Below the pieces are notes generated by a model that made no database searches, had not been told where the DNA came from, and saw only the letters and a list, made by a program, of their open reading frames with translations. Both the position numbers and the translations under genes were made by a program. A DNA stretch of 64,000 nt from Candidatus Thorarchaeota archaeon (GTDB lineage Archaea; Asgardarchaeota; Thorarchaeia; Thorarchaeales; Thorarchaeaceae), in NCBI GenBank assembly GCA_016933575.1, contig JAFGAR010000028.1, forward strand, positions 231,672 through 295,671, written 5' to 3'. This document shows, piece by piece, positions 1 to 11,300 of this stretch (positions within the stretch are counted from its first letter, which is position 1; the number at the start of each line of letters is the position of its first letter).

Positions 1-3000
1 TAGTATGAGATGCTTCCCAGAGAAGATACACTTAAGGTCCAAGACAATGAAACACTCCCATCAGTACTTATTGTGCCAGGATTATTCAAAACTGGTCGAG
101 TGACATAGACTACCAAAGGAGTTGGATTAAATATAGTGACACCAGTAGAGTATACTACCATACTACCAGCTGAAAATCCTGCATGATATCCAACTGCAAA
201 ATCTGCGATACCATTAAAATCAAAATCGCCATAGTAGAAAGATATTACGGAATTTGTGGATGTCCTTTGGAAAATAATACTATTAGTTTCCCAATCTATT
301 ATTTGGAATTCCCCGGTCCATGCACCATTAGCATAACCAATACCTACTGCAATCTCAAAATTCTGATCAGAATCGAAGTTTGCAGCTTTTACGATATTCG
401 GGCAGATATTAGTGCCTAATGTATATGACCACAATAGATCCAAATTGTTATCATACATATTCACATAGTTGATAGTAGCATCTTGTTCTCTTAATCCTGC
501 AATAATACGCAAACTACCATTTGACGCAATTGTTGCAGTTTGTATTGATGTGACTAGAAACGGACCTAATGATATGGAATCTTGGACTTCATGAGAAGCT
601 CCATCTACAATGAAGAGAGTTCCTTCGAAGGGTGCATAAAGAGAATCTCTGCTACCAAAAATAAGTTCTAACGCCGGATCGGAATCGATATTCGCAAGAC
701 TATGATAGCCGCCTAAACAGAGCCCATATTCTGAAGATCGCCACTCTTCCGAATGTGTCTTTCCATTATACACGAGGACGAGTCCGTTAATCATATTACT
801 GCCATCCCGTTCAAAATCCGTGATGCCAATGATTTCTTGTTCACCATCTGCGTCTATATCTTCGACCCAGAGACTATACACACCATTATTGATAGGACTC
901 AACCATTCTAGTGCACCGGTTAATCCATTATAGACAGCAATACCAGCAATAGGACCAGTTTGCCACCATCCGCATGTACCAACTAATATCTCAATCTGTC
1001 CATCTTCATCAGGATCACCCAAGGCAACAACGCGGGCATATCCAGCACTTAGATAGATTGTCCGTTCTAAAGAGTGAGTTATCCCATTGTATATCTGAAT
1101 GTAACCTGTCGAACCATATCCTGGTTCTATTGCAACTATGGTTTCAGGTACACCATCAGCATCAACATCACCAGATACGATATCATGAACGATTCCAATA
1201 TTCCCAGTTTCCCAGAGGAATTCCAACGAGGGATTCGTGGGTGCTGGAACCCCAGTATCATACACTTCCATACAACCCGAGGAAAATCCTGCATGATATC
1301 CAATTGCTAGTTCTGTAAATCCATCTCCGTTGATATCCTCCACACATACCACCAGACCGGCATTCTTGTTCGGTCTTGTGTATAGCAGCGACTGGGATAC
1401 AGCATCAATGATTCGAAAATGCCCGTACCAATTCCCTGAAGCATCAGCAATACCTGCAGCGATTTCAAGCGTTGGATCAGTATCAAGGTTAGCCATTGTG
1501 ATACTGTAGGAATAGAGACCAGTACCAATGAAATATTCCCAATTGAAATTCAAACTTGTATCATAAGCACGGAGAAAGCCTGTGCCAGCCGCTTGGTCTA
1601 TGAATCCAACTACGAGATCGAGAGAACCATCAATATCATAATCAGCAGCATCGAAACACATAGTGTGCAGTGCGCCAACTACAAGTGAGTCCTGAACGGT
1701 ATGAGTAGCACCATCTACAATCCAGATTGTGTTGGTATATGGTAGGTCGTTAGCGGTACGACCACCGAAAACTAACTCCAATGCCGGATCATCGTCGAGG
1801 TTCCCTATCCAACTATAGTCACCAATTCCAAACCCGAAGCTACTGGTTTCCCATTCTATTGCCTTCGTTTGACCATCAATTATCATTACAGTTCCAGGAG
1901 TCCTGATGTTGTTTACACGTTCAGTGATCACCATTCCAATGATTTCCATTGCACCATCCGCATCGATATCTTCAACTCCAACTGTATGGAACGCTTCATG
2001 CCGCACAGTTTCCCACTCTAACGCGCCAGTCGTTCCAGAAAAGACTCTGATCCTCCCGATAGGTCCTGATTGCCAAGTACCCACAGTTCCAACCACAATT
2101 TCTATTGTTCCATCATGATCACAATCACCTAGGGCAAGGCTTCTTGCGTAACCATCAGCCATATAGATGATTCTCTCGAGTGAATGAGTCAGTCCATCGT
2201 ATACACGTACATGGCCTACACCATAGGATGATTCGATGGCAAGAACGATTTCATTTCGCCCGTCAGCATCAACATCGCCAACACGGATATCATGTACGAT
2301 TCCGATATTGCCAGTGTCCCAAGTCAATGATAGTGAAACTGGACCAGATTCATAGTTTATCACTTCAAATTCTATGCTTTGGACTACTTCACAATTACCA
2401 GCCATATCTACAGAATAGCATTCGAATAGATAGAAACCAGATTGAGCAATTGTGAGAGTTTGATCATACCGGTGCCATGGACCACCATTTAGACGATATT
2501 CAACATAGTTCGGTCCGCTTTCTTGATCCTCGCAGGATAGAGAGATATCAATAGATTCTATGTACTGCCCATTAAGATTCTGTGTTCCACCTCTGGAAAT
2601 GCTTGTTGATGGTCGAGTCTTATCGATTGAGAATATCAGATGTTTTTCCAACGACGGATTACCAAGATTGTCCACTCCATAATATCGGATATCATAGGAA
2701 TACTCATACTCCAAAGTGAACATCTCAAGGTAAGTGCAATATGTTACTCCATCTAAACTATACATGATGTAATCGAGACCTGTAGGCAAATCAAACCCCC
2801 ATATGACCACATCTACTGAACTGAGGTAGTAGTTATTCTGACCGACTACACCAAGAGCTGAAGCATAGACATTAGGCAATGTGTCATCAATCCTGAATGC
2901 ACCAATATGGTACGCACTGAATGCCCAATTTCCTGCAACATCACTAGTCCTAATATGAAGATACCAGATTCCTGATTCGAGAGTTGTAGTGAGACTTGTT

Positions 3001-6000
3001 GAGGTCGTATCGAGAATTGTATCTGGAAGAGTATCAATTTCGTGGCTCCACTCGTACGAATATCCATACACTCCACTGAACGCATCCGATGCACCAAACC
3101 ATTCAATGAACACTTCATCAATGGATGACCATGTATTGACAATGTGGGTAGAAGTGAAACTAATCGGATTCTGTGGGAACGGTGAAGGTTGATCAATAAG
3201 AATCTCGATTGGTGGATTAGTTTCGACATTGCCATTTCGGTCTGTAGATCTATAGTAGAACCAATTCTGACCATTATTGTGGATTGTTACTGGTATGGAA
3301 TACTCAATCCAGGTCACACCGTCAAAGCTGAATTCTGTAGAATAAATACCAGAGAACTCATCATTAACTTCCAAGGAAATAGTAACGGGAGAGGTGTACC
3401 AAGGTGCATTTACGACATCACCAGATGGAAAAGCCTCTGTAATCGGAGCAGTCGTATCAATCTTAATGGTAATTATCTGGTAGGGTTCAATATTTCCAGC
3501 ATTGTCGATTGATCGATAGTACAATATGTTAATTCCATTAGCAGAAACCACAATGGGATTCGAGTAGGTAATCCAGTCTATTCCATCATAGCTGTATTCA
3601 ATTCTAGCGACACCAGACACATCATCGATCGCATTAAGACTGAATTCGACATAGGTGCTATACCAGTCATCAAAACCAATTGTACCATCAAGAGTTACAG
3701 TGGTCTGAGGATATGGTTGATCCACATGTTTAAACATTGACCAGTAGTATGCCTCAATTCCAGGAACATCACCAATTTTTGTCAGGGTTCCATCATACGA
3801 TGCTTTCATTAGATTCATATTTTTATCTACGAAAATGAGGTCCCTCTTTCCATCACCATCATAGTCAATGAACTGATTCAGATTATCATAGCAGTCCTCC
3901 GAATAATACAATCGTCGTGATACATCATAGGTCCAAAGATTGGTCCCGGTTGCTAGATCCCAAAGATGGATGCGTGCATTCGTCTCAGTCCAATCATATA
4001 GTGCAACCTCGTAGAATCCATCACCATTTAGGTCGAAAATATCAATTGTGAATGAACCCCGACCCCAGAGTGGAAGTGGTGGGAGGACATCAGCGCCCGT
4101 TGTCATGTTAATATAATAAGCGTAGAGAGTTACTTCGGAATATGAAGTGGTACAAACTATTCCTGTACCGAGTGATATGAGACCAAGGTACGTCTTTATG
4201 TTTCTATCAGCATTTCCTCCAGGGAAACTTCTTTGCCACAAAAATGTACCATCGTGATCATAAGCAACGACTGGAGGTCCCCATCCCGCCACAAAGAATT
4301 CCGGTTGTGGATCTGCATCTATATTCACTACTTCAAAATCTGTCATTCCTCCACTATAAGAGTCTTGGAAGTAAAGTAATTGTGTCATAGCGAAGTTTCG
4401 TAAATCAACAACTTGTACTCGTGGTTGTCCTTGAGGATAGATTGCTGCACCAGCCATCAAGTATGCATCACGTACTCCATCGCCATTATAGTCTGCAAGG
4501 AAACCTCTATCGACTCGCCATCCAGGATTGTACTGAGCAAGAAGATTTCCATCACTATCATGAATGAATAATGTAGGTGCAACTTGTCTTGGTAGATGTT
4601 GAGTTACAATCTCCTTTATTCCATCATTATTGAGATCCTCAAAATACATCCCAAAAATGAAGGCACAGCTCACCTCAGCAGGAACCTGCCATGACCAGAG
4701 AAGACTTCCATCTTCATAGTCGAATCTCATAAGTCTGATGTAGGTTTCATATCCAGACACATACAATTCCAAATGGCCATCATTGTTTGTATCATTTAAA
4801 GCGAAAGTATGGAAGATGTATGCGGGCATGTAGGTGTCCCAAATCAAATCGAAAGCACCAGTTATGGGATTGTAGTCCTGTCTCATCACGTGACCATCAC
4901 GTGTGGTGATGATTAGAGCATTATCTGAATCTGTATACGGGAGATCAATCTTGAAATCATCTGATTTTGTAACCTCTGGATTACCTGCTACATCTGTAGC
5001 ATTGAAGTAGATTGTGAATTCACCCTGCTCAGAGAATGTGAAGGGGCCAGTATACTCAATCCAGTTGACTTCATCAAAGCTGTATGCAATTGTTTCAACA
5101 CCCAATCCTTCATCGGTGGATGTGAGGGTTATAGTGACTCCAGAAGTGAACCAATCATTATCTCCCGGGGTTCCATCAATATCGATAACAGTTACTGGTG
5201 GAGTATCGTCTTCAAGTACAGCAAACCATGAAAGTGAATTGACTTCACCGTATGCAATATTATTTACTACATCAATCCAAAGTGTAACATCGATCCATTC
5301 ACCATTCTCTAAGTGTTTGAGCTTCAGATTGGATTCTCCGGCATCATTTTGTTTGCCTTCATATGGAAGTGCAATTGTGATTGTTCCTATGTATGTTGCA
5401 GTAGTTGTAATGTCGTAGTAGTAATTACCACCAAGTTTGAAACCGGTATGTGGATGTGGTGGTGTTGTACTTGCGATGATAGTAGTTATGCCAGCTGTCA
5501 AAGTTTCATCAAATACTATAGAAACTCCAGTTTCGGAATCAACAACCTCCACATCAATTCCATACGGAGTATTTCCGAAAACCTCCACAGTAACATCCAT
5601 GCTACTAGGATTGTTATAAGCATCATTAGCCCAAAGAGTAAATACATACAAACCTGGATTTAGTCCATCAATTGCGATACTGATGGTTTCAGATTCGATT
5701 TGACCTGAATAAATAGGATTCCCATCTTTGAGAATTTCATAGGTTCCAGGATAGGGTTCAATGATATTCCAATCGAGGAAATGACCTAGTGTTCCAGCAT
5801 CATATGGATAGTAAATTTGTCCAGATATTTGAGGTCCAATGTCGTCATAGATTTCCAAAGAAATGATTTCACTAATTGCACTCCAATATTGTGGATCTCC
5901 ATCCCATCTCGAACGAATATAGTAAGTTCCCGGATCATAAATCCATGATGCAATGAATTTACCATTTGAACCTGTATTGCCAGCTGAAATCTCCTGCCAA

Positions 6001-9000
6001 TCCAGACCATCAACAGAGTACTCGATGACAACATACTTCAAATCAAGAATGGGACTAATTGTAACATTAATTGTCGCACTTGTATCGTATCGAATTGAGG
6101 TAGAAGAAATCTCTGTTATCAATGTTGTCGGATATCTCTCACTTATAGTTAATTCAAGATGATTACTGATACTGCCATAATAATGAGCATCACCAAAATA
6201 GACACACATTATATAGTAATCTCCAGAAAGTGTGGGAGTCCAGTCAATTGTAAAAACTCCATTTGAGCTAATGGCTTCACCAAATTTCTGCCATGATTCA
6301 TCATCGTAGCTCCAGTAGAATTCTGCTATATGATTATCAAGTGAAGGTGTTAACCAACCATTAATCAAGACAGTATCATCCAATATCAAGAAACTTGTTG
6401 ATGAAACAATAGATAGTTGAGTTTGTATTTTATCGACTTCCAATTCGATTTCATCACTTGTACCTGATTTGTAATTGGAATCACTTTCTATTATTGCTCT
6501 TAGATAATAATTACCTGGCTCTGGACTCAGAAGATTGTACTGAATTGCACCTAAAACAGTATTGTCAGAGAAAAGCTCAATCCAAGTTACACCGTCATTA
6601 CTTATTTGTAGTATAATTTCTCTTCCATCAACAGCTGGAATGATGGTAGATGAAATAAGAACACTTTGAGGATACACGATTGAGGAATCTGAGATTGCAA
6701 TAGTTAGGGTGACACTAATTCTATTATCGATGGTAAATACACCTGTGAATTCTGATCCAGCTCCTCCATTATTATCATTAAAAGCGATAAGAACAATGCA
6801 ATTGGTGCTTAATAGAATATCATCAGTATGTATTGGTAGACCCAAAGAATGCCCTGTTGGAGAGCAAAGAAAATCAAACGACTGAAAGGATTCAACCCAA
6901 GTTAAACCGCCGTCAATCGATATGAAAATTTTAAAATGAACCCAATCGTAATCATCATCAAAGCAATCAAAGAATAAACCAAAAACATCCTCACATATTT
7001 GACCCTCAATAGGTCCTGTTATTGAGATGATTGGTTGTCGATTAGGGAGATTGTCAATCTCAAAAGTACCAGATACAATTACACCTGTTCCGCCCCATTC
7101 GTCATCATAATGAAGCCTAAACTTCATGTTTTTAGAATCAGGAAGATCAGTCGAATCGAAAAGATACTCATGATAATAACCTTTAGCGTATTCGTATGTT
7201 GTGAAAAATGGATACCAAGTCTGTCCCAAATTAGGGGAATACTCAGCAGTATACCAAATTCTATCATAATTTGAATCACTTACATCCCAAATGAAATACC
7301 ACTCACCCGAAATTACAAGTCCCTCAGAAGGTGTAATGATAGAAACAGATGGTTCGGAATTTACTTGATTTGGATGATGTAGGTAGTTGTGGAATCCCCA
7401 AACAAATTCATCCCACGAGTAAGTAATCGAACAATCAAGTCCATCATATGGCTTATTGTAGGAAATTACGTGTTGAGGGAAATAGATTGCAATCCCGTGG
7501 GAATCTGGGTGTGCGGATTTATAGCAATGATTGATGTACGAAGCTGAATACGAGTCTAGCACAACCTGAATAGCATATTGAATCTCACTATTAGTAATCC
7601 TCAATTGGAGTTTTTCTAGGAAATCCACTAAATCCACACCACTCCCAGGATATTGGTCAGCAGTTATTCGTGCATCATATATCATAGATTCATATGAAGC
7701 GATGTTATCTAACAGTAATTGAGCTAAGTTATCTAAAGCTGGAACTAAATATTGTACGATCTCAAATATTTTGAACGCTCCCATTGTGGCGGTTGCCTCA
7801 GGGGCGAAAATATAATACTCATCAACCATAAGTGATGCGAAATCTTGTGAACTGATAGTCCCACTTGTTTCAAGAGCTGTTTGTAAACCGCTTAGTATCA
7901 AATGGTAAGGCCAACCGCCCACATAATTGATAAAAGGTGGTAATATTGATAGTTCTGGTCGTCCTTGTTCATTGTCTTCAGATGCTACAAGAATCTCCGC
8001 AGAGTTTCGTAATTGATATGCAATCTCAACCATACCCATTATACAAGCATCAAACCCAACTATATCCAATTCAATCGCTGTGTCTTCCAGAGCTTGTCCA
8101 AATTCACTCACACTCATACCTATATTGTCATTTGTACCATCTTGGAGAAGAATATTATCTGCTCCACCTCCATGATCCATAACGATAAGTGCGTAATGTT
8201 GAGCTTGAAATGTTGAAGCTGACCATTCCACGAAATTAGTGAGTGTGCGTGGATTAGCCATATCAAGCTCCGATTCTAACCATGGCACATACAACGGATC
8301 TCCTTGGAAACTTGATGATGTTTCATATTCAATGTAATAATATACCCAGAGAAGATATTCTAATCCAATAAATATGCCAGGCATATAGAACCGGAGAAAT
8401 GTATCACCATCGGACGCACCATCTTTGAGACAGATAACACTCATTTCACTATTGGAACCTATCTGTCCGATTTCCTCAAGATCATTATCAGCGAAGACAT
8501 CTAGATTATTGTCACCATCAAGATAGATAATTACAGTCCATTCAGCAGCCCATATATATGGAGAGTATCCAGAATCTTGGTTATCTTCACCAGTCCCTAT
8601 TCCACAAGTTGTTAGTTTATTAGCTTCACCAACTTGCTGATAATAATCAACAATGATATCAATCGAATGCATTCCAATATTAGAAAACACAAAAGTTTCA
8701 GATATATGAAATGAAGTTCCTAATAGTGGTACATCCCTCAAAAGATATCTGCTATATCCTTCATCAACAATAATTGCGATAGTGTAGACCTGATCAATCC
8801 AGTAATCACCACCGTTTCGGACATCAAATTCCAAAGTAAATGGCTGTCCAGAAGCTAATTTTCCAAAGAGATTATTGTAAACATCATATACTTTGATGTT
8901 TTCAAGAATAAGATCAGGACTTTTGAACCAATTTTTATCCCACCACCAATTTTGGTCTTCATCTGATTCAATTACCTCATCAGCACAATCTACATGTATC

Positions 9001-11060
9001 TCAAGAATATGATATCCAGGTCCTACATCATCACAGGGATAATAGAAGTGATGATACCCACCTGCGACGATTGTCACATCTTGGATAGTATAAAGAAGGT
9101 TTAGAGCAATCAGTTGATTTTGATCATCCCTATAATCACTCCATATCTCGATATCAAAGTTGGATGCTACAGAACCTCCAACATTGAAAACATCGAATGA
9201 AATCGAAAAGGACTCCCATCCAATTAGATTTGATGAGACCACAATATTGTCAATTGTCAAATCTGGCAGAGCAAGAATTTTCAGCGCATTATCTATCCAT
9301 ATAGAATCAACCTGTTGCCATATCCCATCCACCTGATACCAAAGTCCCCAAACGACACCATAATTGCCTGGACTAAGACCATTAAGATCGAAATATCGTT
9401 CTTGCCATTCCGGATAGCTTGGAATCCAGAGCGTAACATCATTTTCAGGGTCATCAAATGTACCGCTAGCATTGAAAAGAGATGCACCTAAACCAACGCA
9501 AATTGAAGAACCAAATGGGTTATTTATGTAGTAATTGAATTTTATGATTCCGCCTTCTACTGCAGATGTTGCATCAAGACTAACATCAAGCAAAGAGGGG
9601 AGAGGTGGATTCACTTTTACCTTGACTACACCACTCTCTCTTATGTTACCCCCTACATCCCAAACTTTCGCTTTAAAGAAATATACACCCTCCGTAAGGT
9701 CGCCAATAGGATAAGAAAATGATGATCCATCCCAAGTAGTATCAATATCCTTTACATACCAAGGCTCGGTACTACTCGAACTCTCAAAAATCACGTATGT
9801 GCTAGGATACATATCATAAGCAGTCCAAACAATCGAATAGGAACCAGAACCCTCAACGAATTCAATATCAGGAGGTGTAATTAGGATGGGAGGTGTAGTA
9901 TCTGGAGGAACATCAAGATATTTCCAATCCCAGTTATTATCTTCTTCAACTTCCCATGAACTACCAGGTATCCATGGAGATCCGGGGGTATGATCAGCAT
10001 GAATATCAAGTGAAGGAGTTCCACTTGGAATAGAATATGTTACGAAATTACTACTCCAAGTTAGACCAGCTCCAAGATAACTCCTAGTCAAATCCTTTAT
10101 GCATGACCCATAATCGCCATTTCTCCAGTTCTTCCAAAAAGAAAGATGAAAATTAGTTGCAGCCAAATTACCCATATTCTGAACTGAAAAGGAAACTGTT
10201 GTAGGACCACCCCCTACTGTTGTATTTACTAAGAAAGCAGTAACCTTAAGGTCTGGACCTCTGATTGTTATTGGTTCATCCTCATAATCAAGAGCTGTGT
10301 ATCCCTCAAAAGGACCATCCCATATTGCAAAGCGAATCATCTTAGATCCACCTATATTGTAGTTCTCTGGGTCGCCAAATTGGTCATATTGAACTCTAAA
10401 TAATCTTGAATCAGTCGCTGCATCATTTGCGTGAATTATTATTGATAGCTTGTCGTGATCTGGATCACTAAGCCAAACTCCAGGATTAATCACAACCGAA
10501 GCGCCTAGCCATACTCGTATATCAAAGTCTTCATGATTAATAATACGATACCATATTGTGAAAGTTTCTCCGACTGCAACATCATTATCACTGATATAAG
10601 ATAATGAATAGTCTAATTCAGCATCATATAGTCCTTCACCATATTCTCCAGCATGATATCCATCTGGACTAGTAAGGGAAAATTCTTCGAGCTCGAACTG
10701 CGGGAAATCTTGATTATAATGAGTTATCAAGGCTGGATTTTTGTAATCACCTGATTTTGTATCAGAGTCGCTTGTGATTTGGAAAGGAGATAATACTTCA
10801 TCTAGAGAAGGATAGGTAACAAGCATAGATTCAGGTTGTGTATATAAACTTCTATCAATTGAGTTGATGATTTTATCACTCAGATATACTTCATCGTTAT
10901 TCAAAATCGTAGATGATACAGGTATTTTAGAATCTTCTAAACTTTCCCAATCAACAATCTTCGACACATCGATTGCCACCGAAAACATCGGAGCAACCAT
11001 CAGTACAATCATCACTACAGAAATAATTCGCATTCCCACTGACCTATTCATGACACCCAT
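1..11060 (-). CDS. Giant secreted multidomain protein (>=3686 aa, C-terminus beyond left edge): signal peptide, CARDB-like Ig domains, clostripain (C11) peptidase domain, Ig-like/OmpL47-type repeats, FG-GAP/VCBS beta-propellers
   Basis: Manual translation from ATG 11060 (alternative 11051) gives MGVMNRSVGMRIISVVMIVLMVAPMFSVAID (signal peptide). The same frame reads sensibly at 8172 (LIVMDHGGGA), 8043 (DIVGFDACI), 960-1025 (ALGDPDEDGQIEILVGTCGWWQ) and 3-41 (WTLSVSSLGSISY). The ORF track lists no closed long minus ORF here, consistent with no in-frame stop before the edge. Confidence 0.9.
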   Translation of the reverse strand, partial: MGVMNRSVGMRIISVVMIVLMVAPMFSVAIDVSKIVDWESLEDSKIPVSSTILNNDEVYLSDKIINSIDRSLYTQPESMLVTYPSLDEVLSPFQITSDSDTKSGDYKNPALITHYNQDFPQFELEEFSLTSPDGYHAGEYGEGLYDAELDYSLSYISDNDVAVGETFTIWYRIINHEDFDIRVWLGASVVINPGVWLSDPDHDKLSIIIHANDAATDSRLFRVQYDQFGDPENYNIGGSKMIRFAIWDGPFEGYTALDYEDEPITIRGPDLKVTAFLVNTTVGGGPTTVSFSVQNMGNLAATNFHLSFWKNWRNGDYGSCIKDLTRSYLGAGLTWSSNFVTYSIPSGTPSLDIHADHTPGSPWIPGSSWEVEEDNNWDWKYLDVPPDTTPPILITPPDIEFVEGSGSYSIVWTAYDMYPSTYVIFESSSSTEPWYVKDIDTTWDGSSFSYPIGDLTEGVYFFKAKVWDVGGNIRESGVVKVKVNPPLPSLLDVSLDATSAVEGGIIKFNYYINNPFGSSICVGLGASLFNASGTFDDPENDVTLWIPSYPEWQERYFDLNGLSPGNYGVVWGLWYQVDGIWQQVDSIWIDNALKILALPDLTIDNIVVSSNLIGWESFSISFDVFNVGGSVASNFDIEIWSDYRDDQNQLIALNLLYTIQDVTIVAGGYHHFYYPCDDVGPGYHILEIHVDCADEVIESDEDQNWWWDKNWFKSPDLILENIKVYDVYNNLFGKLASGQPFTLEFDVRNGGDYWIDQVYTIAIIVDEGYSRYLLRDVPLLGTSFHISETFVFSNIGMHSIDIIVDYYQQVGEANKLTTCGIGTGEDNQDSGYSPYIWAAEWTVIIYLDGDNNLDVFADNDLEEIGQIGSNSEMSVICLKDGASDGDTFLRFYMPGIFIGLEYLLWVYYYIEYETSSSFQGDPLYVPWLESELDMANPRTLTNFVEWSASTFQAQHYALIVMDHGGGADNILLQDGTNDNIGMSVSEFGQALEDTAIELDIVGFDACIMGMVEIAYQLRNSAEILVASEDNEQGRPELSILPPFINYVGGWPYHLILSGLQTALETSGTISSQDFASLMVDEYYIFAPEATATMGAFKIFEIVQYLVPALDNLAQLLLDNIASYESMIYDARITADQYPGSGVDLVDFLEKLQLRITNSEIQYAIQVVLDSYSASYINHCYKSAHPDSHGIAIYFPQHVISYNKPYDGLDCSITYSWDEFVWGFHNYLHHPNQVNSEPSVSIITPSEGLVISGEWYFIWDVSDSNYDRIWYTAEYSPNLGQTWYPFFTTYEYAKGYYHEYLFDSTDLPDSKNMKFRLHYDDEWGGTGVIVSGTFEIDNLPNRQPIISITGPIEGQICEDVFGLFFDCFDDDYDWVHFKIFISIDGGLTWVESFQSFDFLCSPTGHSLGLPIHTDDILLSTNCIVLIAFNDNNGGAGSEFTGVFTIDNRISVTLTIAISDSSIVYPQSVLISSTIIPAVDGREIILQISNDGVTWIELFSDNTVLGAIQYNLLSPEPGNYYLRAIIESDSNYKSGTSDEIELEVDKIQTQLSIVSSTSFLILDDTVLINGWLTPSLDNHIAEFYWSYDDESWQKFGEAISSNGVFTIDWTPTLSGDYYIMCVYFGDAHYYGSISNHLELTISERYPTTLITEISSTSIRYDTSATINVTISPILDLKYVVIEYSVDGLDWQEISAGNTGSNGKFIASWIYDPGTYYIRSRWDGDPQYWSAISEIISLEIYDDIGPQISGQIYYPYDAGTLGHFLDWNIIEPYPGTYEILKDGNPIYSGQIESETISIAIDGLNPGLYVFTLWANDAYNNPSSMDVTVEVFGNTPYGIDVEVVDSETGVSIVFDETLTAGITTIIASTTPPHPHTGFKLGGNYYYDITTTATYIGTITIALPYEGKQNDAGESNLKLKHLENGEWIDVTLWIDVVNNIAYGEVNSLSWFAVLEDDTPPVTVIDIDGTPGDNDWFTSGVTITLTSTDEGLGVETIAYSFDEVNWIEYTGPFTFSEQGEFTIYFNATDVAGNPEVTKSDDFKIDLPYTDSDNALIITTRDGHVMRQDYNPITGAFDLIWDTYMPAYIFHTFALNDTNNDGHLELYVSGYETYIRLMRFDYEDGSLLWSWQVPAEVSCAFIFGMYFEDLNNDGIKEIVTQHLPRQVAPTLFIHDSDGNLLAQYNPGWRVDRGFLADYNGDGVRDAYLMAGAAIYPQGQPRVQVVDLRNFAMTQLLYFQDSYSGGMTDFEVVNIDADPQPEFFVAGWGPPVVAYDHDGTFLWQRSFPGGNADRNIKTYLGLISLGTGIVCTTSYSEVTLYAYYINMTTGADVLPPLPLWGRGSFTIDIFDLNGDGFYEVALYDWTETNARIHLWDLATGTNLWTYDVSRRLYYSEDCYDNLNQFIDYDGDGKRDLIFVDKNMNLMKASYDGTLTKIGDVPGIEAYYWSMFKHVDQPYPQTTVTLDGTIGFDDWYSTYVEFSLNAIDDVSGVARIEYSYDGIDWITYSNPIVVSANGINILYYRSIDNAGNIEPYQIITIKIDTTAPITEAFPSGDVVNAPWYTSPVTISLEVNDEFSGIYSTEFSFDGVTWIEYSIPVTIHNNGQNWFYYRSTDRNGNVETNPPIEILIDQPSPFPQNPISFTSTHIVNTWSSIDEVFIEWFGASDAFSGVYGYSYEWSHEIDTLPDTILDTTSTSLTTTLESGIWYLHIRTSDVAGNWAFSAYHIGAFRIDDTLPNVYASALGVVGQNNYYLSSVDVVIWGFDLPTGLDYIMYSLDGVTYCTYLEMFTLEYEYSYDIRYYGVDNLGNPSLEKHLIFSIDKTRPSTSISRGGTQNLNGQYIESIDISLSCEDQESGPNYVEYRLNGGPWHRYDQTLTIAQSGFYLFECYSVDMAGNCEVVQSIEFEVINYESGPVSLSLTWDTGNIGIVHDIRVGDVDADGRNEIVLAIESSYGVGHVRVYDGLTHSLERIIYMADGYARSLALGDCDHDGTIEIVVGTVGTWQSGPIGRIRVFSGTTGALEWETVRHEAFHTVGVEDIDADGAMEIIGMVITERVNNIRTPGTVMIIDGQTKAIEWETSSFGFGIGDYSWIGNLDDDPALELVFGGRTANDLPYTNTIWIVDGATHTVQDSLVVGALHTMCFDAADYDIDGSLDLVVGFIDQAAGTGFLRAYDTSLNFNWEYFIGTGLYSYSITMANLDTDPTLEIAAGIADASGNWYGHFRIIDAVSQSLLYTRPNKNAGLVVCVEDINGDGFTELAIGYHAGFSSGCMEVYDTGVPAPTNPSLEFLWETGNIGIVHDIVSGDVDADGVPETIVAIEPGYGSTGYIQIYNGITHSLERTIYLSAGYARVVALGDPDEDGQIEILVGTCGWWQTGPIAGIAVYNGLTGALEWLSPINNGVYSLWVEDIDADGEQEIIGITDFERDGSNMINGLVLVYNGKTHSEEWRSSEYGLCLGGYHSLANIDSDPALELIFGSRDSLYAPFEGTLFIVDGASHEVQDSISLGPFLVTSIQTATIASNGSLRIIAGLREQDATINYVNMYDNNLDLLWSYTLGTNICPNIVKAANFDSDQNFEIAVGIGYANGAWTGEFQIIDWETNSIIFQRTSTNSVISFYYGDFDFNGIADFAVGYHAGFSAGSMVVYSTGVTIFNPTPLVVYVTRPVLNNPGTISTDGSVSLSWTLSVSSLGSISY
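171..2400 (-). repeat. Tandem intragenic duplication, period about 1110 bp (370 aa), of an FG-GAP/VCBS propeller unit
   Basis: gaaaatcctgcatgatatccaa occurs at 172 and 1282. ALGDPDEDGQIEILVGTCGWWQ (about 960-1025) matches ALGDCDHDGTIEIVVGTVGTWQ (about 2070-2135), and DIDADGEQEII matches DIDADGAMEII, all at offset 1110. Confidence 0.8.
7390..8545 (-). other. Clostripain-family (peptidase C11) catalytic domain inside the giant protein
   Basis: AEWTVIIYLDGDNNL ... ELDMANPRTLTNFVEWS ... HYALIVMDHGGG (His codon 8172-8174) ... DIVGFDACIMGMVEIAYQL (Cys codon 8043-8045) ... LVASED. These match C11 signature motifs; domain boundaries are approximate. Confidence 0.85.
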
Positions 11061-11300
11061 CCTCTCATTCTCGAATTAGTAAACGAGATTCAATAGCGTC
11101 ATAAGCGATTCAGAGGTAGAATAAGAACCGTCTGTTTTTCCGAGATATCTATCGGAAATCTGAAGTGCATGCAGAATTTTGCTCAAATGTGAATTTCCTG
11201 TCATCAACGAAGGCCATATATAGGCGAAAATTCGCGGCCCAGAATAGACACGCCCTACACTTTGGGCGTTGAAAGACCGTTTTTGGTTACGGTGAAAATC

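Noticed and set aside
183-11079. Many short ORFs on both strands in the ORF track
   Set aside because: They are antisense or off-frame shadows of the single giant minus-strand gene.
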